A stretch of 64,000 nt of DNA from Alphaproteobacteria bacterium (GTDB taxonomy: Bacteria; Pseudomonadota; Alphaproteobacteria; CACZRW01): NCBI GenBank assembly GCA_017507765.1, contig JAFWAG010000001.1, positions 7,013-71,012 of the forward strand, given 5' to 3'. Positions 51,875 to 58,847 of this stretch are shown one piece after another. The first letter of the stretch is position 1; every line of letters begins with the position of its first letter. Below the pieces are notes generated by a model. It did not search any database. It saw only the letters and a list, made by a program, of their open reading frames with translations, and was not told where the DNA came from. A program made the position numbers and the translations under genes.

Positions 51875-52570
51875 ATGGCAGAAACGGCAAACTTAACCGC
51901 CATAGTATCCGGAAATGAAACCATAGGGAAAACTCGGATTGCAGTGGGACTGGCGGAAAGTTTTGCGGCTGCCGGAGAAAAAGTGCTTTTACTGGATACG
52001 GATATAGGATTTGGAAAACTTTCCGAATACTTAAAAGTAACCCCTGATGTCGACCTTTATGATGTATTGTACAACAGGGCGACATTAAATCAAGCAATCA
52101 TATTTTCTCCGGAAGGCGGGTTTGACGTTATCATCGGTTCCGGTAACAGTAAATGTAACATAGCCGCAATTCCGGAAAGCAATTTCTTTACCCTTAGGAA
52201 CGATATCCTATTACTGGCAGGAAATTATGACCGGGTAATAATCGATATGCCGACCGGAGAAAGCAAAAGCAATTTTTTATTACTGGACGCTTCGAAACAA
52301 ATTGTGCTGATTGCAAACGACCATGCGCCATCTATACGGGGAGCGTATGCCTTTATGGTCAGCATGGCAGAAAGAAAAATCTTGGCTAATATGGCGATTG
52401 CGGTAAATCTGGCTGCCACGGAAAAAGACGGAGAAACGGTATATCTTACCTTGCAAAAAGCCGCCAAAGCTTTTATTGGCAAAACACCGAAGTGGCTTGG
52501 AAACGTACGTAAAGACAACCTTGACGATATTTTATCTTTGGCAAAGGAGCTTGGCAAATGGACCTTGTAA
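51875..52570 (+). CDS. flhG: MinD/ParA-type flagellar number regulator FlhG (FleN) with a degenerate Walker A
   Basis: It sits directly after flhF. It carries the MinD-fold motifs LLLDTDIG and VIIDMPTG plus a C-terminal amphipathic helix. The P-loop reads SGNETIGKT instead of SGKGGVGKT. ATG 51875 is chosen over the track start 51812, which lies inside flhF. Confidence 0.75.
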   Translation: MAETANLTAIVSGNETIGKTRIAVGLAESFAAAGEKVLLLDTDIGFGKLSEYLKVTPDVDLYDVLYNRATLNQAIIFSPEGGFDVIIGSGNSKCNIAAIPESNFFTLRNDILLLAGNYDRVIIDMPTGESKSNFLLLDASKQIVLIANDHAPSIRGAYAFMVSMAERKILANMAIAVNLAATEKDGETVYLTLQKAAKAFIGKTPKWLGNVRKDNLDDILSLAKELGKWTL

Positions 52571-54540
52571 CACCTGTACCTTCGGCACCAGTTCCGCAAA
52601 GCTCCGGCGGAAGCGGGAATGCTTTGAATGCTTCGGTGCTTAACCCGTCAAAAGAGCTTGAAGCTTTAACACCGGAAAGCATCGTGAAAGGTGTCATTAC
52701 CGCTGTTGATAAAGTAAAAGGAAGTGTATCCGTTTACGGGCAGACGCCGGAAGAAAAACCTTTCAATATGGAAATTAAAATGCCTCTGATACCTGTAGAA
52801 GGAAGCGAGGTTAATATTAAAATCCTGCCCATAAGTCAAAGAACGCCGGAAAATCCTTTTCCTATAAAACTGGTTATAAATCCCAAAGCTTCTCCGCTTG
52901 CCACTCCTTTGCAGAATAGTGAATCAATGTTACAAAAAGGAATCTTGCCGGAAGCACAAAATGCCGGAAATAAGCCGATAGGGCAGCTTTCAACCCCTTC
53001 TTCCAATAGTGAATCAATATCACAACAAAGCGTTCCTGCGGATATAAAAAATGCGGCGGATAAAACTTTATCCTCGGCAAAAGCCGTTGATAACGCTTCT
53101 TTTTCCATAAAAAGTAATATTATAACAGCAGAGATATTATATACGGCGAAAAACATACCGGATATTAAGCTTATGCCTTCGCTTCAGCCGCAAAATATAA
53201 AGCCGGAAATGCAAACCGTTTTAAAAGCCGATGCATCATGGCAGGAGAATCCTCTGCCTATGGATATGGTGAAGCAAGGAACTTCTTTAAGTGTGAAAAT
53301 CGTTCAGGTGGAAGTTCCGGCAGGGAAACTTCCGGCGGGAAGTATTGCTTTGTCCGCAAGCCAACCGGCAAACGCAGGACAAGCAACGAGTCTTGGCCAA
53401 ACGCCAACAACGCAAGTAATGGGGGAAAACTTACCAAGCCGCCCGTATGAACAATTTTATCCTATGCCAAATCAGCCGGCACAAACGACGCAGACACAGC
53501 CCTTGTCCTCTTCCCCGCTTCCGAGTCAACCGATACAAACTCAAGCGCCTTTACCTACGGCTCAGCCTTCCTTGCCGAATGAAACGCAAGGACAGCCTGT
53601 GCAGACAATTCCGCCTCAGGGAAGCTCTGGGAATACTACCATATCCTCACCGAATACTAACTTTACGATAAGCGGAGAAGTCGTAAGCAAGCCTGCAGTA
53701 CCGCATACCGTTGTCGCGAATCAGGAAATGACCCTGTCTTTAAATATTAAAACCGAGTTTCCGACCGGAAGTTTAATAAAAATGGACGTTGTATCCTTAA
53801 CTCTGCCGGAAATAAATCCGAAGATGCCGGTATTAAATACGGTTAAAGCTGCTCCGCCGGACTTTACAGAGCTTAATACCGCCCTTAAAGAGCTTACCGT
53901 CAGCAATCCCAAAGCGGCGGCAGAGATGCTGGCAAAGATACCCCAACCGAATGAAAAGCTTGCCCAGAACCTCTTTAACTTTGTGCAGGCGGCTAAGTCC
54001 GGAGACGTTGGCCAATGGTTAGGAGCCGCAACCGTAAAAGCTTTGGAAGATACCGGCGATAACGGGCGAAAAATTACCGGAAAAATATCGGCAGATATGC
54101 TGGCAACATCACGAATAGCAACAGAAGCTTTGGGTGAATGGCGGACTTTAAATATTCCATTCTTGAACGGGCAAACCGTTCAGCCGGTTGCTTTGTTTGT
54201 AAAGCATCTTAACAATGAGGAGCAAGGACAGGAAACCACCCAAGGCAGCAAAAAATCTGCTTCGGTGCGCTTTTTATTTGAACTGGAGCTGTCAGAGCTT
54301 GGGCGGACGCAGATTGACGGCTTGACTTATCCAAAGGAAAAAGAGCTTGATTTGATTATCCGTAATGAAAAAGCTCTGCCGGAAGAAGCTCCCATCGCTA
54401 TGCGGGGAATATATGCCGAAGCTTTGGAGGCCGTGGGATATAAAGGCACCCTAACCTTACTTAAAACAAGTGATTTTATCGAAATAGCCGCGGCGGAAAA
54501 TGCCGAAGCATTCATTCCTAATTCAGATATTTGGGCATAA
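52558..54540 (+). CDS. Pro/Gln/Ser-rich protein with a FliK-like (Flg_hook-like) C-terminal domain
   Basis: 660 aa, overlapping flhG by 13 nt, with a low-complexity PQ-rich middle. The C-terminal RFLFELELSELGRTQIDGLTYPKEKELDLIIRNEKALPEE...YAEALEAVGY resembles the FliK C-terminal domain pattern. Confidence 0.5.
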   Translation: MDLVTPVPSAPVPQSSGGSGNALNASVLNPSKELEALTPESIVKGVITAVDKVKGSVSVYGQTPEEKPFNMEIKMPLIPVEGSEVNIKILPISQRTPENPFPIKLVINPKASPLATPLQNSESMLQKGILPEAQNAGNKPIGQLSTPSSNSESISQQSVPADIKNAADKTLSSAKAVDNASFSIKSNIITAEILYTAKNIPDIKLMPSLQPQNIKPEMQTVLKADASWQENPLPMDMVKQGTSLSVKIVQVEVPAGKLPAGSIALSASQPANAGQATSLGQTPTTQVMGENLPSRPYEQFYPMPNQPAQTTQTQPLSSSPLPSQPIQTQAPLPTAQPSLPNETQGQPVQTIPPQGSSGNTTISSPNTNFTISGEVVSKPAVPHTVVANQEMTLSLNIKTEFPTGSLIKMDVVSLTLPEINPKMPVLNTVKAAPPDFTELNTALKELTVSNPKAAAEMLAKIPQPNEKLAQNLFNFVQAAKSGDVGQWLGAATVKALEDTGDNGRKITGKISADMLATSRIATEALGEWRTLNIPFLNGQTVQPVALFVKHLNNEEQGQETTQGSKKSASVRFLFELELSELGRTQIDGLTYPKEKELDLIIRNEKALPEEAPIAMRGIYAEALEAVGYKGTLTLLKTSDFIEIAAAENAEAFIPNSDIWA

Positions 54541-54547
54541 AAAGGAA

Positions 54548-55399
54548 CTAAGCCGCAAGCTCGTTTAAAGCCGCTTGTTTCATATGCTCTATATCCGGTT
54601 CTTTATCCGTCCAGATGTTGAAAGATTTTGCCGCCTGCCGCACGAGCATATCAAGACCGTTCTGGGTCTTTAAGCCGATTTTCTTGGCATTACGCAAAAG
54701 CTCTGTTTCCGTCGGGTTGTAAATAACATCATAAACAACAGCATCAGGCGGAAGCTTTTTTAAATCCTTGTTGTTTAAAAGGCTGGCGCAATGCGGATAA
54801 TCCTTTAACCCAACCGGAGAAGCGTTAACCAAGATACAAACATCTGCCAATCTGTCCGTATCTTTATACGAACACAATTGCAGTTCGACATGATTAAACC
54901 GAGCCTCCATTAACATAAATAAGCCGGAAGCTTTTTGAGTATCCCGAGAATAAACGTCAATCTTGCTTATGCCCATTTTGATTAAAGCAAGGCAAATTGC
55001 CCTTGCGGCTCCGCCCGTTCCCAAAACCGCCGCCTTTTTCCCGCAAACATCGCAAGGAAGCGCAGAAGCAAAGCCATGCACGTCCGTGTTATAGCCTACC
55101 ATAACACCTTTTTTCAGGATTTTTACCGTGCTGACTGCGCCGGAATAGGTAACCAATTCTTTTACTTCCGGAAGCATATAGGTGATATTTACCCGATACG
55201 GAAGCGAAACATTAAAACCGCAATAGCCTTCTTGGCATAAAGTTTCCAAAGTGCGGTCAAAATCTGCCGGAGGAGTGGAAATAAGGTTATATTCACCTTG
55301 CAAGCCAACACTTTCCAAAGCCGCCTTGTGAATACAGGGCGACAGAGAATAAGACACAGGAAAACCTATCAAACCAAATCTGTAGTGCTTAGTTCGCAA
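54548..55399 (-). CDS. aroE: shikimate dehydrogenase
   Basis: 283 aa with a TTG start and GGAG SD. FGLIGFPVSYSLSPCIHKAAL, GFNVSLPYR, GYNTDVHG and GTGGAARA. Confidence 0.9.
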   Translation of the reverse strand: MRTKHYRFGLIGFPVSYSLSPCIHKAALESVGLQGEYNLISTPPADFDRTLETLCQEGYCGFNVSLPYRVNITYMLPEVKELVTYSGAVSTVKILKKGVMVGYNTDVHGFASALPCDVCGKKAAVLGTGGAARAICLALIKMGISKIDVYSRDTQKASGLFMLMEARFNHVELQLCSYKDTDRLADVCILVNASPVGLKDYPHCASLLNNKDLKKLPPDAVVYDVIYNPTETELLRNAKKIGLKTQNGLDMLVRQAAKSFNIWTDKEPDIEHMKQAALNELAA

Positions 55400-55510
55400 C
55401 CGGAAACTCCTATTAAATTATCCGGCTTAGAGTAGAACGTTTTTTCGCATTCTTACAACTGTTATTTGCTTTATGAATACTTTTTTGCGAAATGCCTGCG
55501 CATAGGTATA

Positions 55511-55540
55511 AAAAAACCCACCGCTATGGGTGGGATTTTT
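55511..55540 (-). terminator. hairpin terminator downstream of tRNA-Asn (bidirectional in form)
   Basis: CCCACC (55517-55522) pairs with GGTGGG (55529-55534). It is flanked by A6 on the left (a T-run on the minus strand) and T5 on the right. Confidence 0.75.
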
Positions 55541-55549
55541 AAATGTAAA

Positions 55550-55624
55550 TGGCTCCGACGGTAGGATTCGAACCTACGACCAGCCGGTTAACAGCCGGCT
55601 GCTCTACCACTGAGCTACGTCGGA
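55550..55624 (-). tRNA. tRNA-Asn (anticodon GTT)
   Basis: The reverse complement folds as TCCGACG-TA-GCTC-AGTGGTA-GAGC-A-GCCGG-CTGTTAA-CCGGC-TGGTC-GTAGG-TTCGAAT-CCTAC-CGTCGGA-G-CCA. It is 75 nt with an encoded CCA. Confidence 0.95.
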
Positions 55625-55646
55625 ACATTAGAAAATGTTCCTTCCG

Positions 55647-55721
55647 TGGAGGCCGAGGCCGGAATCGAACCGACATAAAAGGATTTGCAGTCCTCTGCAT
55701 GAGCCATTCTGCCACTCGGCC
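55647..55721 (-). tRNA. tRNA-Cys (anticodon GCA)
   Basis: The reverse complement is GGCCGAG-TG-GCA...TGC-A-GAGGA-CTGCAAA-TCCTT-TTAT-GTCGG-TTCGATT-CCGGC-CTCGGCC-T-CCA. It is 75 nt with an encoded CCA. Confidence 0.95.
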
Positions 55722-55879
55722 GACCTCAGAGCTCTGTTACCGATACAAAATCAGTAACGGAAGAAGCAACTTTATATACGCCCTTTTTGCTTAGGTCAAG
55801 AGAGAAAAATATTCTCTGGTGGATTTTTTTAAAAAAAGTTACATTGAAAACATATTATGTCAGGAAAAAGGATATAAAA

Positions 55880-56521
55880 ATGGATTTTTCCACCTCTGCT
55901 CGCCAAAATATGGTTGAAAATCAGCTTAAACCGCAAGGAATTATGAATGCGGCACTTTTGGAGGCTATGACAAACACTCCCAGAGAGGACTTCGTTCCCG
56001 AAGAATATGCGGATACGGCTTACAGTGATTTTGATATTCCTCTTACTGATACACGCTTTTTATTCCGCCCCGCAGAAGTCGCAAGATTTATTGCCGCCGC
56101 AGAGCTACAGCCTGATGACTTTGTCGCCGATATAGGCTGCAAGCTTGGCTATATAACTTTTATAACCGCTAAAATGGTAAAAGCCGTGGTCGGCATTGAA
56201 AGCGATAAAGCTTTGGCGGACAAAGCCGAAAACGCACTTTTGGAAGTCGACAATGCGGCAATCATTAACACCGATATGCATAAAGGAATGCCAAAGCAAG
56301 CACCTTTTGATGTGATATTTTTGGAAGAAATCCAAACCTCGGCTATGGCACCGAAACATTTTATTTCTCAGCTTGCGGATAACGGAAGACTGGTTTTCAT
56401 AACCGGAAAGGCGCCGATTTTAACCGTTCGGCTACTGATAAAAAAAAGGGAAGAAGTGTTTGAAAAAACGGCGTATCAATTCCTTTTAAACCCAGAAGCC
56501 CAAATTGCCCAAAGGGTTTAG
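55880..56521 (+). CDS. protein-L-isoaspartate O-methyltransferase-family protein (Pcm-like)
   Basis: MVENQLKPQGIMNAALLEAMTNTPREDFVPEEY and the SAM-binding DIGCKLGYITF. ATG 55880 (AGGAAAAAGGA upstream) is preferred over the track start 55787, which begins within 70 nt of the tRNA-Cys gene. Confidence 0.75.
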   Translation: MDFSTSARQNMVENQLKPQGIMNAALLEAMTNTPREDFVPEEYADTAYSDFDIPLTDTRFLFRPAEVARFIAAAELQPDDFVADIGCKLGYITFITAKMVKAVVGIESDKALADKAENALLEVDNAAIINTDMHKGMPKQAPFDVIFLEEIQTSAMAPKHFISQLADNGRLVFITGKAPILTVRLLIKKREEVFEKTAYQFLLNPEAQIAQRV

Positions 56522-56624
56522 GAAATACTTTACTGTTTGCCGTGATTAAAATATACTTTGAACGGTTATTTAAATGCAGGAGATTCGATAATGCATATGT
56601 TTCCTAAGAAAATGAAAGTCTCTA

Positions 56625-56632
56625 CCCCCCCC
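56625..56632 (+). repeat. homopolymeric C8 tract at the frame junction of the surface-protein gene
   Basis: Counted directly: tctaCCCCCCCCgtt. It separates the SD/ATG frame (56591) from the long ORF frame. Confidence 0.9.
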
Positions 56633-56681
56633 GTTAGAAAATAGCGTCCAATCCGGAAGTATCACCGTTGAAGTTATTATT

Positions 56682-58829
56682 ATGTTAGGGTTAATAGCTA
56701 CCCTGACACCGATACTTTATAAACACGTTGCCGACCGTCGGGAAGATATCGACAATATCAATGAAGCAAACACTCTGCTGTTAATTAAGAATGCTACCAA
56801 GGATTATATCGAGGCGAACAAAGATGTTTTATCCGTCGGTACTACCCTTCTTGAACCGGTTGATGTCGGAGTTGATATAGACGGTTACAAAATAGGTATA
56901 AAAAAGGATTCTGATGGCAACATAAATGCGATGATAGCCGCTTCTGACGGAAGCAATGATATGAAGGCTGCGAAGGTGGCGTCTTTGCTTGGGGTGTCGG
57001 CGGGGATTTATTCGGCGCAAGATGCTACCAGAGCTTGGGGTATTAACGGAGTCTGGGCAGAGAATGTAAGTAATTACGGTTTTACTTCTTTACCCGCAGG
57101 AATACCGGTGGTTACCACTACTTATGACGAAGAAGATAGCCTTGATATGGAGAAAATCTTTACGGCTATTGAAGAACACTCTTTTGAAAAGCTTACCGCC
57201 AAGGAGCTCTGCCTTGATAATGATGAACTGCCGGAAGAAGAACGCTGTATCACCAAATGGAAAGAGGAAACCTGTCCGGAATTAGTTGAGTTTTGCAATA
57301 ACGGGATAAAATGCCATGATGCATATTCCAAACGATGCAACCTGACCTGTAATGATATTTTGATAGGTTATCGGGCGGAAGGAATGACGCCTCAATCAAA
57401 TTATGATTTTCGTTTAACGGGAAGTAATTCAAACGGCGAAGCCAACAAAACCAAATGCTATTTCACTTCGACCACCGGATATAATGCGATAGAGATTATC
57501 GAAGCCTGTAACGGCGGTAATACGGAAGCTTGCAGTTTAGCAAATACCTATAGCCTTAACACCTCTTGTCAGAAGATTATAGATGCCTATAAAACGTTAA
57601 ACCAAACTCCGAGCAACGGTACATTTAAGCTTGGAGCAGCGGGAACGTCCACAGCCTGTTGGTTCAAAGACACCACAGGTTATTCAACCAAAGAAGTAAT
57701 TGAAAAATGTAATGCGGGAACAACGATTGCCTGCCAGATGGGAAGTGAGAATAAGTTAAACCGTACCTGTGCGGAATTGCAAACAGCGATGAAAAGTTAT
57801 GGAGCTATTCCGGCAAACGGCTCGTTCAAACTGACGCTGACCAGTACTACGGGTTCATCATATACTTGCGATATGAGCCAAACTCCGGCCTTAACGGAAT
57901 ACTTTTATAAAAACACGGCAGGGACATATACATTCAGTCTTTTAAGTAAAAAGATACAGTACAAGTTTGAAGTTTGCGGAGCTTCAAATTACGGTGGCAG
58001 AACACACGGAGGATATTCTTGGGGAAAGAAAATCCACAATTCCGCCCAAAGTTTTTTTGTGATTGTTGGTGGAATAGGAGGTGTCGGCACTTATGGTGCC
58101 TCTAGTTCCGGCGGAGGAACGGAGATACGTTTTGGAACATCTTCATGGGTTGATAAACACCGGATTTTAGTCGGCGGAGGAAGTAGCGGATATAATGCAA
58201 GTGCTACTCCTGGAGCTGGAGGAGGAGGCAACAATTGCGGCGGAGGCGGAGCAATGGGAGGTTGTAAAGGTGTTGGCGGCAGAGGATATGGAAATCCCAA
58301 CACTCCTGGAACTATCGGTCATGGAGGAGCTTCCGGCTTGTCTTGGTATGCAGGAACAGGAGGTAATGGAGGTGGCTACGGCGGCGGTGGTGGTGGAGGC
58401 GGCGACTGGGCTGGCTATGGCGGAGGCGGCGGAGGTGGCTTCGGCGGTGGAGGTCAAGGTGGCTCCTATGGTTGGGGTGCCGGTGCGAGCGGTACGGCAA
58501 CAAACGGTGGTGGTGGCACGACCGGATATAACGGAGGTTACGGTCAGGCAGATGGTGACGGAGGTTTTGGCGGTGGCGGCGGCTCAGACTGGGGAAGCGG
58601 AGGGGGCGGCTACGGCGGAGGTGGCGGCGGTGGCAGAGCCTCAGACGGAACCGCTGACCTCTCTGGCGGCGGGGGCGGCGGGCGAGTCTGTCTGGCGACT
58701 ATGCCGGCAGGGTGGCCGGCTTGTGACCCTGCGGTATGGGTGTTTGACGAAGGCTCCGGCGAAACCGGCAGTGATAAATGTCCCGGCACAGGTTGGGTAA
58801 AAATATCCGTGATAGAAATAAAGGAATAA
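56682..58829 (+). CDS. pilin-like-anchored cysteine-repeat / polyglycine-domain surface protein (longest intact ORF; the coding frame is open from 56616 and probably initiates at 56591 via the C-tract)
   Basis: 715-aa ORF. The upstream in-frame sequence encodes QSG/SITVEVIIMLGLIA (prepilin-like G-1/E+5). Three Cys-containing repeats follow, then a glycine-rich domain (GTYTFS...EVCGA...GGY...VIVGGIGG...GGGTEIRFG...RILVGGGSSG) and about 170 residues of polyglycine blocks. Confidence 0.7.
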   Translation: MLGLIATLTPILYKHVADRREDIDNINEANTLLLIKNATKDYIEANKDVLSVGTTLLEPVDVGVDIDGYKIGIKKDSDGNINAMIAASDGSNDMKAAKVASLLGVSAGIYSAQDATRAWGINGVWAENVSNYGFTSLPAGIPVVTTTYDEEDSLDMEKIFTAIEEHSFEKLTAKELCLDNDELPEEERCITKWKEETCPELVEFCNNGIKCHDAYSKRCNLTCNDILIGYRAEGMTPQSNYDFRLTGSNSNGEANKTKCYFTSTTGYNAIEIIEACNGGNTEACSLANTYSLNTSCQKIIDAYKTLNQTPSNGTFKLGAAGTSTACWFKDTTGYSTKEVIEKCNAGTTIACQMGSENKLNRTCAELQTAMKSYGAIPANGSFKLTLTSTTGSSYTCDMSQTPALTEYFYKNTAGTYTFSLLSKKIQYKFEVCGASNYGGRTHGGYSWGKKIHNSAQSFFVIVGGIGGVGTYGASSSGGGTEIRFGTSSWVDKHRILVGGGSSGYNASATPGAGGGGNNCGGGGAMGGCKGVGGRGYGNPNTPGTIGHGGASGLSWYAGTGGNGGGYGGGGGGGGDWAGYGGGGGGGFGGGGQGGSYGWGAGASGTATNGGGGTTGYNGGYGQADGDGGFGGGGGSDWGSGGGGYGGGGGGGRASDGTADLSGGGGGGRVCLATMPAGWPACDPAVWVFDEGSGETGSDKCPGTGWVKISVIEIKE
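57339..57875 (+). repeat. three tandem divergent coding repeats (about 72, 68 and 37 aa) with conserved cysteines
   Basis: TCNDILIGYRAEGMTPQSNYDFRL...CYFTSTTGYNAIEIIEACNGGNTEAC / SCQKIIDAYKTLNQTPSNGTFKL...CWFKDTTGYSTKEVIEKCNAGTTIAC / TCAELQTAMKSYGAIPANGSFKL...YTC. Confidence 0.8.
58170..58685 (+). repeat. low-complexity GGN-codon block (polyglycine runs punctuated by Y/W/F/D/S)
   Basis: Encodes GGGYGGGGGGGGDWAGYGGGGGGGFGGGGQGGSYGWG...GGFGGGGGSDWGSGGGGYGGGGGGG. It is visibly G+C-rich relative to its surroundings. Confidence 0.9.
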
Positions 58830-58847
58830 CGAAATACGACTTTATAA

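Noticed and set aside
52915-53018. Exact 14-bp direct repeat AATAGTGAATCAAT (52915 and 53005)
   Set aside because: It is in frame within the FliK-like ORF and simply encodes the repeated NSES peptide motif. It is not a CRISPR, an att site or a mobile-element repeat.
55622-55641. Inverted repeat GGAACATT-agaa-AATGTTCC between the two tRNAs
   Set aside because: It is short and partly overlaps the 5' end of tRNA-Asn. It is most simply a spacer or processing hairpin within a dicistronic tRNA transcript, and no T-run follows it.
55549-55794. 81-aa plus-strand ORF
   Set aside because: It runs antisense across the tRNA-Asn and tRNA-Cys genes, so the ORF is an artefact.
55400-55880. The tRNA-Asn/tRNA-Cys locus as a genomic-island integration site
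   Set aside because: I saw no integrase, recombinase, transposase or duplicated tRNA 3'-end segment on either side. The flanking genes (aroE, pcm-like) are ordinary.
58091-58800. Several 60-200-aa ORFs in other frames and on the other strand (58195-58800 +, 58167-58457 -, 58091-58303 -, 58312-58503 -)
   Set aside because: All lie inside the GGN-codon polyglycine block. Low-complexity GC-rich sequence is stop-free in most frames, and their translations (Ala/Val/Glu or Pro/Ser/His runs) look like frame shadows.
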